Virus record (IMG/VR): IMGVR_UViG_3300025254_000001
Direction: 5' to 3' (one strand)
DNA: 64,000 nt
From: a virus
The first letter of the stretch is position 1, and each line of letters opens with the position of its first letter. A program made the position numbers and the translations under genes. The notes under the pieces are model-generated. The model did no database searches and was not told where the DNA came from. It worked only from the letters and a program-made list of their open reading frames with translations. Shown here piece after piece: positions 9,676 through 17,480 of this stretch.

Positions 9676-10413
9676 ATGCTCGACGCGCTCAGGAAGGCGG
9701 CGGTCCAGTGCGGCGACGCGGTGCGGCTGACCAGCCGCTACGAGGGTCGAAGCGACTGGCTCGTGCTGTACGGCGTGGGCTACGGAGCGCACGACGACGC
9801 GCGTCGTCGGCAGGTGCTCCGCGGCGGCCATGCAGCGCTGCTCGATCTGGGCTACTTCGGCAAGGCCAAGGATGGGCTCGGCTACACGCGGGTCTCGGTC
9901 GACCGGGACCACCCGCAGCACCTGCTCGATCGCGCGCCGGCCGACGCGGCGCGCTGGGCGCGCCATGACCTGGCGCTGCGCGATGAGGCGGACCCGGCCG
10001 GCCCCATCGTGCTCGTGGGCCTCGGGCGCAAGTCGCGCGAGTACCTCAAGGCCAGCGATTGGGAGGGCCGCAAGCTGGCCGAGCTGCAGGAGCGGTTTCC
10101 TGGGCGGCGGATTCTCCATCGCCCCAAGCCGAAGCAGGAGTTCGTGAGGCTGAGCTGCGATCGCGACGTCACGACGCCGATCGCGCAGCTGTTGCACGGC
10201 GCCTCGCTGGTGGTCTGCAGGCACTCGAACGTGGCGATCGACGCCGCGGTGGCGGGCGTGCCCATCGAGGTCGAGGACGGCGCAGCGCAGTGGCTCGCGG
10301 CGCGCGAGTTCACGCGCGCCAACCGGCTGGACTTCCTGCAGCGCGTCTCGTGGTTTCAGTGGCAGCCGGGCGAAGCGCCGGAGGCCTGGCAATTCATCAA
10401 GGGGCTCGGATGA
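9676..10413 (+). CDS. Putative glycosyltransferase-like protein
   Basis: About 245 aa. The C-terminal LLHGASLVVCRHSNVAIDAAVAGVPIEV resembles a GT-B C-terminal motif. Start uncertain (GTG 9670 or ATG 9676). Confidence 0.35.
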   Translation: MLDALRKAAVQCGDAVRLTSRYEGRSDWLVLYGVGYGAHDDARRRQVLRGGHAALLDLGYFGKAKDGLGYTRVSVDRDHPQHLLDRAPADAARWARHDLALRDEADPAGPIVLVGLGRKSREYLKASDWEGRKLAELQERFPGRRILHRPKPKQEFVRLSCDRDVTTPIAQLLHGASLVVCRHSNVAIDAAVAGVPIEVEDGAAQWLAAREFTRANRLDFLQRVSWFQWQPGEAPEAWQFIKGLG

Positions 10414-10928
10414 GGCTGAAGTTGAACGTCTGCTGCGGCGGGCGCGTGCTGGCGGGTTGGACGAACATCGACATCGTCGCGAGCGAGGGCGCGCTGGCGC
10501 CCGACATCCTGTGCGACGCGCTGAAGGTGCCCCTGCCCGACGCGTGCGCCGTGGAGATCATGTGCATCCATGGGTTCGAGCACTTCCACCGGTGGGATTG
10601 CGATGCGCTGCTCGAAGAGTGGAAGCGCATGCTCCTGCCTGGCGGCCTGCTAGTGCTGGAGCTGCCCAACCTGGCCAAGTGCTGCGAGAACATCCTCAGC
10701 GGCTTCACGGGCGCGGGCAAGCACCCCGACCAGGCGGGAATGTGGGGCCTGTACGGCGATCCGCGCATGCGCGACCCGTTCATGTGCCACCGCTGGGGCT
10801 GGACGCCTGATTCGCTGCGTGCGATCTTGGCCGAACACGGGTTCGAGAAGATCCGCGAGGAGCCCACGCAGCACCATCCGGCCGGGCGCCTGCACCGCGA
10901 CATGCGCATGGTGGCGCGCCTGCCCTGA
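10410..10928 (+). CDS. Class I SAM-dependent methyltransferase
   Basis: 172 aa. LNVCCGGRVLAGWTNID...LLPGGLLVLELP motifs. ATGA overlap with the upstream stop. Confidence 0.7.
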   Translation: MRLKLNVCCGGRVLAGWTNIDIVASEGALAPDILCDALKVPLPDACAVEIMCIHGFEHFHRWDCDALLEEWKRMLLPGGLLVLELPNLAKCCENILSGFTGAGKHPDQAGMWGLYGDPRMRDPFMCHRWGWTPDSLRAILAEHGFEKIREEPTQHHPAGRLHRDMRMVARLP

Positions 10929-10936
10929 GCGCTCGC

Positions 10937-11608
10937 ATGCTGCACGTCTTTTTCGGCCACGACGAGCGCGCGGAGGCCGGAACCACCGCGTTCATGCACT
11001 CGGTGATCGCGCGCGCGACGCAGCCGCTTGCGTTGACGCCGATCACGCGTCTGGCCACGGCCGGCGTCAAGCAGGGCAGCAACGCGTTCACGTTCCGGCG
11101 CTTCCTGGTGCCGTGGATGCTCGACTACCGCGGCTGGGCGGTGTTCGTCGATGGCGCCGACATGCTGTGCCGTGCCGACATCAGCGAGCTGTTCGACCTG
11201 GTCTATCACAACGATGCGGTGCGGGTGGTCAAGCACGCGTACCGCACGCGGCACCCGCGCAAGTACCTCGGCACGCCGATGGAGTGCGACAACCCGGACT
11301 ATGAGCGCAAGCAGTGGGCCAGCGTGATGCTGATCAATTGCTCGCACTACGCCTGGCGCCACGTGACGCCGGAGTTCGTGGCCGAGTCGAATGCGCTGGA
11401 CCTGCTGCAGCTGCGGTTCATCCCGGCCGAGCGCATCGGGTCGTTGCCCAAGGAGTGGAACTGGCTCTGCGATGAGGACGGCGAGAACGTCGACGCGAAG
11501 CTGCTGCATTTCACCGCGGGCATCCCGGCGTTCCCCGAGCACGCGCGCGCGCCGATGGCCGAGGAGTGGCGCGCGGCGCTGCGCGCCTCGTCCACCGCAA
11601 CAGGCTGA
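10937..11608 (+). CDS. Glycosyltransferase family 8-like protein
   Basis: 223 aa with GT8-like layout (HVFFGHDE..., VFVDGADMLCRADISELF, LLHFTAGIP). Confidence 0.55.
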   Translation: MLHVFFGHDERAEAGTTAFMHSVIARATQPLALTPITRLATAGVKQGSNAFTFRRFLVPWMLDYRGWAVFVDGADMLCRADISELFDLVYHNDAVRVVKHAYRTRHPRKYLGTPMECDNPDYERKQWASVMLINCSHYAWRHVTPEFVAESNALDLLQLRFIPAERIGSLPKEWNWLCDEDGENVDAKLLHFTAGIPAFPEHARAPMAEEWRAALRASSTATG

Positions 11609-11613
11609 AAGCC

Positions 11614-12294
11614 ATGAGCAACCCCAAGATCATCACCTACCCGACCACCGAGCCGATCACGCTCGAAGAGGCGCACCTGCACCTGCGGCTCGATGTCTAC
11701 GACAGCCCGCCGGTGCACCCCGACGATCCGCTGATCCTGGGACAGATCACGGCCGCGCGCGAATGGGTCGAGAAGTTCACCGGCCGCTGCATCGTCCCGT
11801 GCGTGCTGGAGCTGGCGCTCGATGACTTCCCGCACCACCAGCGCAGCAGGCATCGCTTCACGGGCTGGCTCGCCCATGCGTACCACCTGGTCGACGGGGG
11901 CTGCGCGATGCCGATCCGGCTTCCGGGCGGCCCGGTCGTCGCGCTGGAGAGCGTCACCTACGTGGACGCCGCGGGCGTCGAGCAGACCTTGACCGACGTC
12001 CAGTTCGACACCCACGAGGAGCCGGCGCGCGTGCTGCCCGCGGTGGGCGCGACCTGGCCGGTGGCGCAGCAGCAGATGGCGGCCGTGCGCGTGCGCTACG
12101 CCGCCGGCTACAGCGCGCCCGGCGACTCGCCCAACCCGGCCCCGCTGCCCGTGCCGATCAAGATGGCGATGCTGCTGGTGCTCGGGCACCTGTACGAAAA
12201 CCGCGAGAACACGACCGACGTCGCGCTGACCGAGGTGCCGCTGGGCGCCGTCGCGCTCTTGCGGCCCTACCGGCTCGAATCGGCGATGGCCTGA
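11614..12294 (+). CDS. Head-tail connector (gp6-like) protein
   Basis: 226 aa. The N-terminal ITLEEAHLHLRLD motif is typical of gp6-like connector / DNA-packaging proteins. It is the last gene of the head block. Confidence 0.65.
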   Translation: MSNPKIITYPTTEPITLEEAHLHLRLDVYDSPPVHPDDPLILGQITAAREWVEKFTGRCIVPCVLELALDDFPHHQRSRHRFTGWLAHAYHLVDGGCAMPIRLPGGPVVALESVTYVDAAGVEQTLTDVQFDTHEEPARVLPAVGATWPVAQQQMAAVRVRYAAGYSAPGDSPNPAPLPVPIKMAMLLVLGHLYENRENTTDVALTEVPLGAVALLRPYRLESAMA

Positions 12295-12325
12295 CGCCCG
12301 CCGGCGGTCCATCAGCAACCTCTAC

Positions 12326-12500
12326 GCGCCGGCCGCGGCGGTAGGCAAGGGCAATCGATCGGGTTTTCCGATCCTCGCGGCCTGGCGGTAGGCGGCGACT
12401 AGGCAATTCGTCTGGCCTATGCGCGGGCCAGGCACCGTAGGCGGTGCCAATCGGTTGATTTCAGCTAAGTCCGCGGGTTGGCGGTAGGCGGAATCTGTCG
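12326..12500. repeat. Four iteron-like direct repeats, core GGCGGTAGGC
   Basis: Cores at 12337, 12384, 12433 (CACCGTAGGC) and 12480, spaced 47/49/47 bp. Most are followed by CAATCG/CAATTCG. Confidence 0.65.
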
Positions 12501-12605
12501 ATGAATTGCAGCTATAAACGCCGACCTGAATTAGACCGGAGTAATCGGCTCCGGCGGCCAGGGCGCAAAAATAATATCTATCCTCGGCGGCTCGAATTAG
12601 TTCAC

Positions 12606-12804
12606 GCCAAAAATATCGGCGCGCGGATTTAATAGACCTCAGCTTTTGCACAATATTTAAGCGGTGCACTTCTAAGCTATTGATTTAATTGAGAAAAACG
12701 TCTTCGATAGCTGAGTTTTCGCGAGGTGGGTAAGGGGGTTGTGGGGCCAAAGCGAAAAATCGCTTGGCGGGCCTTTACGCGCGTTTTAGCGGGGTGTGAT
12801 TTCG
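12606..12804 (+). repeat. AT-rich non-coding element, copy A (paralog of 56172-56348)
   Basis: Aligns with copy B: GCCAAAAAT..CGGC..TTAA..CTAAGCTnTTGATTT..TCGAnAGC..AGGTGG.AAGGGGTT.T.GGGCC..CGAAAAATCGC..TTTACGC. Indels break any common reading frame. Confidence 0.7.
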
Positions 12805-12907
12805 CACAGTAGTTCGCCGGCGCGCGTCGTGCAATTAATTGAAATCTTGAGCGGAGAGACTTGACAATGGCCGGAATTCGTTGGCGGTTTGCGCGAGTGG
12901 GGTCGGC

Positions 12908-13270
12908 GTGAGGGCCGGCCAGCTCAACGCCCGCCTGGTGGTCGAGCGCCCCGGGGTGTCGCGCGACGACATGGGCTCCGAGCTGATCACGTGGGTGAAG
13001 GTCGCCACCGTCTGGGCGCACATCGCGCCGATCGTTCCCGCGCGCGGGCGCGAGCCGCTGCTGGCCGACCAGCTCCAGGGCCAGGCCGACACCCGGATCA
13101 CGATCCGCTGGTCCGATCAGATCGACGGCATGTCGGCCAAGTGGCGCCTGCGCTTTGCCACGCTCAAGAACCCGATCATCTACAACATCGCGACGCCGCC
13201 CGCGCAGCTCGACATGGGCCAGCGCACGGTCGTCATCATTTGCAAATCCGGCGTCAATGAGGGGCAGTGA
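12908..13270 (+). CDS. Head-tail adaptor (head-closure) protein
   Basis: About 120 aa. AGQLNARLVVERP...WVKVATVWAHI...RITIRW pattern is typical of SPP1 gp16/HK97-like adaptors. GTG 12908 preferred over TTG 12881. Confidence 0.7.
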   Translation: MRAGQLNARLVVERPGVSRDDMGSELITWVKVATVWAHIAPIVPARGREPLLADQLQGQADTRITIRWSDQIDGMSAKWRLRFATLKNPIIYNIATPPAQLDMGQRTVVIICKSGVNEGQ

Positions 13271-13740
13271 TGGCCACCACGCGCAGCGTGCAGGTCTCGG
13301 GCCTGCGTGAACTCGGCGAGTCGCTCAAGAAGCTGGGCACGGATATGCAGTCGCGCGTTGCGCGTCGTTGCACCAATGCAGGCGCCCAGGTCGTCAAGAA
13401 GGCGGCGATTGCGGCGGTCAACGACCCGCGCGCCAAGAAGCCCTACCGGGTCGGGGATGAGCTGGTCTTCCCGGGCAACATCAGCCGCAACATCATCGTC
13501 AAGCGCATCCCGCCGGGGCAGACCGACCTAACGTCTGAGCACATCGTCGCGGTGCGTGGCAAGGCGGCGCATGGCTTCGCGTCTCACATCGCGGCCTGGC
13601 AGGAATTTGGCACCGTGAACATGCCGGCCAAGCCGTTCATGACGCCCGCCTTCGATGCGAGTCAGGGCGACGCGCTCCAGGCGATGACCGACTCGCTGCG
13701 CGAGGACATCGCGGACGGCGTGAAGAAGGCGGGGGCCTGA
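13267..13740 (+). CDS. HK97 gp10-family neck protein
   Basis: 157 aa, positioned after the adaptor. Start overlaps the upstream stop. Confidence 0.65.
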   Translation: MMATTRSVQVSGLRELGESLKKLGTDMQSRVARRCTNAGAQVVKKAAIAAVNDPRAKKPYRVGDELVFPGNISRNIIVKRIPPGQTDLTSEHIVAVRGKAAHGFASHIAAWQEFGTVNMPAKPFMTPAFDASQGDALQAMTDSLREDIADGVKKAGA

Positions 13741-13744
13741 CCTG

Positions 13745-16066
13745 ATGACCGCGCCGCTCATCCTCTATACGGACTGCATCGACGGTCCGACTACGGGGGG
13801 CGAGGGCGGCAAGGGCTGCTACCTCGGCGTCTTCGGCACGGGCTTCGGCACCTTCGCGGATTGGGGCGTCTCCAACCACCTGACTATCGACGGCGTCGAG
13901 GTCGACAACTACCGCTGCCTGGACGCCGCGGTCGGCGTGGCCCTCCATGGCCCGCAGATCCAGCGCCTGGAGGTGCAGGTGGGCGCGCTGGGCGCGCCCG
14001 CGCCCGGCACGCCGCTGGCGATCGACATGACCGTGGGCGGCGTCAGCCCGTCGAACCCGACGTCGGGCGGTTTCCTGCTCGACCCCGTCGATGGCGAGGT
14101 GCTGTCGTTCACGCGTTCGCTCGTGGGGATCGTCTTCGTGGACCCGGCCACGGGCAGCAACTCCAACCCGGGCACGATCGCCTCACCGCTGGCCAACCTG
14201 CAGTCGGCGGACGCAGCCGCAGGGGCGATCCGCGCGGCGTCGGCATCGAACGCCACCGATGGCAGCCCGCCGCAGCACGTCATCCTGCGCGGCGGCTTGC
14301 ACCCGCAGCTCGGCTCCTCATCGACGCCGACTCGCAACTACGGCAGCTTCGCCAACCTGTTTCGCAATAGCGGCGCGCGCCCGCTGGGCGGCGCGAACCA
14401 GGGCAACCTGGTGATCAAGAGCTACCCGGGCCCGGCCGGCGCCAACGCGCCCGAGCTGGCGCGCTTTGAGCCCACCAGCGGCAACCACGCCGGCGCGGGC
14501 ATCCTCGGCAACGATTCCGCACGCGGCTCGCACGCGGGCTCGCCCGAGACCAACCCCTACGATGGCGATCCTGGTTGGGGCCGCGACTGGGTGCTCTCCT
14601 CGGTCAAGATCGCGAGCGCGCCGGACGCGCCGCGCGATGGCGCGCCGGTCAACTTCGATTCCGACGCGGACCGCTGCCGCCTGGTCAACTGCGACCTGGC
14701 CTGGCCCAGCACGCTGGGCACCTCGGGCGGCAACAACGGCGCCAAGGGCGGCGGCTTCACCGGCAACGGGTTCAAGCTGCGGGTCTATGGCCTGTATGTG
14801 CACAACGTCACCAATGGCGACGATGCGAACCAGAACCATGGTGGCTACATCGACGGCTCGAACGTCTGCGCCAAGAACCCGATCGTCGCCTACTGCCGCT
14901 TCGAGGACTGCAGCGGCGGCAACAGCTTCCAGACCTTCGACTCGCAGGCGTCGGACGTCATCACCGACCTGCGCTTCCACCACAACTCGGCGTTGCGCTG
15001 CAACAAGCACAACGTCAACGTCTCGCAGAACACCGAGAGCGGCGAGGTCCACGACAACATCCTGGTCGACGCCGGCGAGGCCAACATCCACGTCGAGGGC
15101 GGCCAGATTGCGGTCGCGGCCGGGGTCAAGTTCTTCAACAACACCTGCGTCGACTGGGGCCGGGTCATCGCTGGCCGGCCGTGCTTCTGGAACGATGGCG
15201 GCACCGGCTCGGGTTCGGTCGATTGGCGCAACAACATCGCGATGCGCCGCGCGGGCGCCGCTGGCACCGGGCCCTTCGTCATCTTCGACATGGACGGCAC
15301 GAACGCGTCCACGCACAACCTCTACTTCGACGCCACGGGCGTGCTGACCGGCGTTCCCGGTGGCGACACCGGCAGCGTCTATGGCGACCCGTTCTTCAGC
15401 GACCCGGCCGCCAACGACTTTTCGATTCAAGCCACCAGCCCGCAGAGCCCTGTGATCGACGCCGGCGCTTCGACGCTGACGGCGCGCACGCTCGCCTACC
15501 TGTTCAACGCGGTCGTGGCCCCGCCCGACGTCGGAGCCTACGAATTCGCGTCCGGCGCGCCCACGCCGTCGCCTTCACCGCCGCCCCCTTCACCGTCACC
15601 GCCGCCATCTCCTTCGCCGCCCCCGTCGCCCACGCCGTCGCCGGCACCCACTCCCGCACCGTCGCCACCTCCGGCGCCCACCCCGATGCCCTCCCTTTCG
15701 GTTCCGCAAGCCATCTTCGCGGCGCTCCGATCGCTGGTCGACGATCGCGTCTACCCGAACACGTTCCCGCAGGGAGACCCGCTGCCTGTGTGGCCCGCGG
15801 TGCGCTACACGATCGTGTCCACCAACCCGGCGCCAACCGTGTGCGGCAGTGACGGCGAGGACATCGATGACGTGACGGTGTTCATCGACGCCGTGGCGGT
15901 GACCTATCCCGCGATGCGGGCGCTGAAGGCGCAGGTGATCGCGGCGCTGGAAGACACCGATCCACCGTGCGTGCGCCAGAGCGGCGGCACCGAGACCTTC
16001 GACGGCGAGACGCGCACGAATCGCGCGATCTTGACCTACCTGTTCCAGCAGTCCTCGGCGCCGTAG
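13745..16066 (+). CDS. Fusion protein: IPT-like domain, right-handed beta-helix, Pro/Ser/Thr linker, DUF3168-like tail-terminator domain
   Basis: 773 aa. Beta-helix-type repeats (NHGGYIDGSN..., RFHHNSALRCNKHNVNV..., HDNILVDAGEANIHVEGG). Linker PSPSPPPPSPSPPPSPSPPPSPTPSPAPTPAPSPPPAPTP. The C-terminal ~125 aa (IFAALRSLVDDRVYPNTFPQ...VFIDAVA) look like DUF3168. Confidence 0.7.
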   Translation: MTAPLILYTDCIDGPTTGGEGGKGCYLGVFGTGFGTFADWGVSNHLTIDGVEVDNYRCLDAAVGVALHGPQIQRLEVQVGALGAPAPGTPLAIDMTVGGVSPSNPTSGGFLLDPVDGEVLSFTRSLVGIVFVDPATGSNSNPGTIASPLANLQSADAAAGAIRAASASNATDGSPPQHVILRGGLHPQLGSSSTPTRNYGSFANLFRNSGARPLGGANQGNLVIKSYPGPAGANAPELARFEPTSGNHAGAGILGNDSARGSHAGSPETNPYDGDPGWGRDWVLSSVKIASAPDAPRDGAPVNFDSDADRCRLVNCDLAWPSTLGTSGGNNGAKGGGFTGNGFKLRVYGLYVHNVTNGDDANQNHGGYIDGSNVCAKNPIVAYCRFEDCSGGNSFQTFDSQASDVITDLRFHHNSALRCNKHNVNVSQNTESGEVHDNILVDAGEANIHVEGGQIAVAAGVKFFNNTCVDWGRVIAGRPCFWNDGGTGSGSVDWRNNIAMRRAGAAGTGPFVIFDMDGTNASTHNLYFDATGVLTGVPGGDTGSVYGDPFFSDPAANDFSIQATSPQSPVIDAGASTLTARTLAYLFNAVVAPPDVGAYEFASGAPTPSPSPPPPSPSPPPSPSPPPSPTPSPAPTPAPSPPPAPTPMPSLSVPQAIFAALRSLVDDRVYPNTFPQGDPLPVWPAVRYTIVSTNPAPTVCGSDGEDIDDVTVFIDAVAVTYPAMRALKAQVIAALEDTDPPCVRQSGGTETFDGETRTNRAILTYLFQQSSAP

Positions 16067-16092
16067 TCGACCCTGCACCACCCGTACCCTCC

Positions 16093-16147
16093 GCCGGCTT
16101 CTTCGCAGTTGCCGGCTCTTTATGCCCGCCTCGTGCGGGCTTTTTTT
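16093..16147 (+). terminator. Tandem intrinsic terminators upstream of the major tail gene
   Basis: GCCGGC...GCCGGC hairpin, then GCCCGC-CTCGT-GCGGGC followed by TTTTTTT. Confidence 0.6.
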
Positions 16148-16171
16148 CGTCCCTTCGAAAGGAGCCCCGAA

Positions 16172-16834
16172 ATGAGCGGCGGCAAGCGATTCAAGTTCCA
16201 AGGCAGCACCATCGCGGTGTCCATCGGCTTCGATGCGGTCTCGCCGTCCAAGGCGATCACCGGCATCAGCAAGGCCAACCCTGCGGTCGTCACCAGCGCG
16301 GGCCACGGCTTCGTCGATGGCGACGTCGTGCTGATCACCGGCGTGGCCGGCATGACCGAGGTCAACGCGGGGGTCTACATCGTGGACGCCTTGTCTTCGA
16401 GCACCTTCGCGCTCGTCGACACCGATTCCACCGCGTGGGGCACCTACACCAGCGGCGGCCACGCGGACGAGGCGCAGTTCTCGAACTGGTGCGAACTCAC
16501 CGGCTACAACCACCAGGGCGGCACCAAGACCGAGAACGACGCGTCGAGCCTGTGCTCGACCGCCAAGGAATACGAGCTGGGCCTGGCCGACTTCGGCACG
16601 ACGCAGTTCGACTTCCACTACGCGCCGCAGACGTCCATCCAGCTCGCGATGGCCGCCTACAACATCAGCGGCGACCCGATCGCATGCAAGGTGACGCTGC
16701 CCAAGTCGGGCGGCGTGCGCACGCAGATCGGCTTCATCACCCAGATGTCCGAGACGGCTTCGGTCAACGGGCTGTGGACGGCCACGATGACCATCCGCAA
16801 CACCGGCAAGCCGTTCGACCAGGCGGGTGCCTGA
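16172..16834 (+). CDS. Major tail (tube) protein
   Basis: 220 aa with SD AAAGGAG upstream. It sits before the chaperone and tape-measure genes and is Thr/Gly-rich like a tube protein. Confidence 0.7.
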   Translation: MSGGKRFKFQGSTIAVSIGFDAVSPSKAITGISKANPAVVTSAGHGFVDGDVVLITGVAGMTEVNAGVYIVDALSSSTFALVDTDSTAWGTYTSGGHADEAQFSNWCELTGYNHQGGTKTENDASSLCSTAKEYELGLADFGTTQFDFHYAPQTSIQLAMAAYNISGDPIACKVTLPKSGGVRTQIGFITQMSETASVNGLWTATMTIRNTGKPFDQAGA

Positions 16835-17163
16835 TGAACCGCGAGGACCTGATCGCGGCGATGCAGGCGACTGCGTCTCCCAAGCCGGTGGCGGTGGAAG
16901 TGCCGGCTTGGGGCACCGTCTACATCAAGCCGCCGACCGTCGAGGAGGTCGATGCGGCTTCCGAGAACGTCGACCCGGACGACGGGAAGAAGCGCCGCCT
17001 GGCGCGGGCCGCCGCGCGCGTGATCTGCGACGAGCAGGGCAACCGGGTCTTCGACCCGGCCTCGGCGCCCGACGTCGAACTCCTCGCGGTGCAGCCATGG
17101 GCAATGCTGCAGCTGGTGCTGGCCGCCGCGGACGGCCGAAAGGCTGGCGACTCGGGAAACTGA
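16834..17163 (+). CDS. Tail assembly chaperone (G-like)
   Basis: 109 aa, immediately upstream of the tape measure. Ends in the slippery site G GGA AAC TGA. Confidence 0.75.
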   Translation: MNREDLIAAMQATASPKPVAVEVPAWGTVYIKPPTVEEVDAASENVDPDDGKKRRLARAAARVICDEQGNRVFDPASAPDVELLAVQPWAMLQLVLAAADGRKAGDSGN

Positions 17164-17480
17164 GTCCGCGCCGCGAATTCCTGTTCGACCTGGCGCTCGC
17201 GCTCGGTCAGCCAGCGGGCGCGTTGGCCCGCGTGCTGCCCGAGTCCGAATTCCGGGACTGGCAGCGATACGCGGCGCGGCGCATGTTGCCCGCGCGCCGG
17301 GTCGAGCTGTACCTCGCCCAGATCGCGCTGCTGATCGACACGAGGCTTGGCAGCGCCAAGGACGTGACGCTCTCGGACTACCTGTTCGACCCGGTCGAGC
17401 CCGATGACGACGACGAACCCACTGCGGATGAAGAGGCGGCCTTCTTCGCCTTCAACCCGCGCAAGCCAAAGGAAACCTGA
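16834..17480 (+). CDS. Tail assembly chaperone -1 frameshift product (G-T-like)
   Basis: The -1 frame stays open from the slippery site to 17480, the tape-measure start. The extension ends in an acidic tail (DPVEPDDDDEPTADEE). Confidence 0.65.
17154..17160 (+). promoter_or_regulatory. -1 programmed ribosomal frameshift heptamer GGGAAAC
   Basis: X XXY YYZ pattern is in the correct zero frame (tcG GGA AAC tga). Confidence 0.7.

Noticed and set aside
12326-12500. Regularly spaced repeats that could suggest a CRISPR array.
   Set aside because: The conserved core is only about 10 nt, with three exact copies and one variant. The flanks are partially related, so there are no unique spacers. No cas genes or leader are present.
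12322-12669. A 115-aa minus-strand ORF inside the AT-rich island. There is also a 102-aa + strand ORF (56180-56488) over copy B.
   Set aside because: The two element copies differ by indels that would shift any frame. Composition is unlike the genome's coding regions, and no SD is seen. I treat both as non-coding.
12861-12890. A perfect TTGACA at 12861, considered as the -35 of an internal tail-operon promoter.
   Set aside because: No acceptable -10 hexamer follows at 16-19 nt (GCGGTT). It is left unannotated pending transcript mapping.
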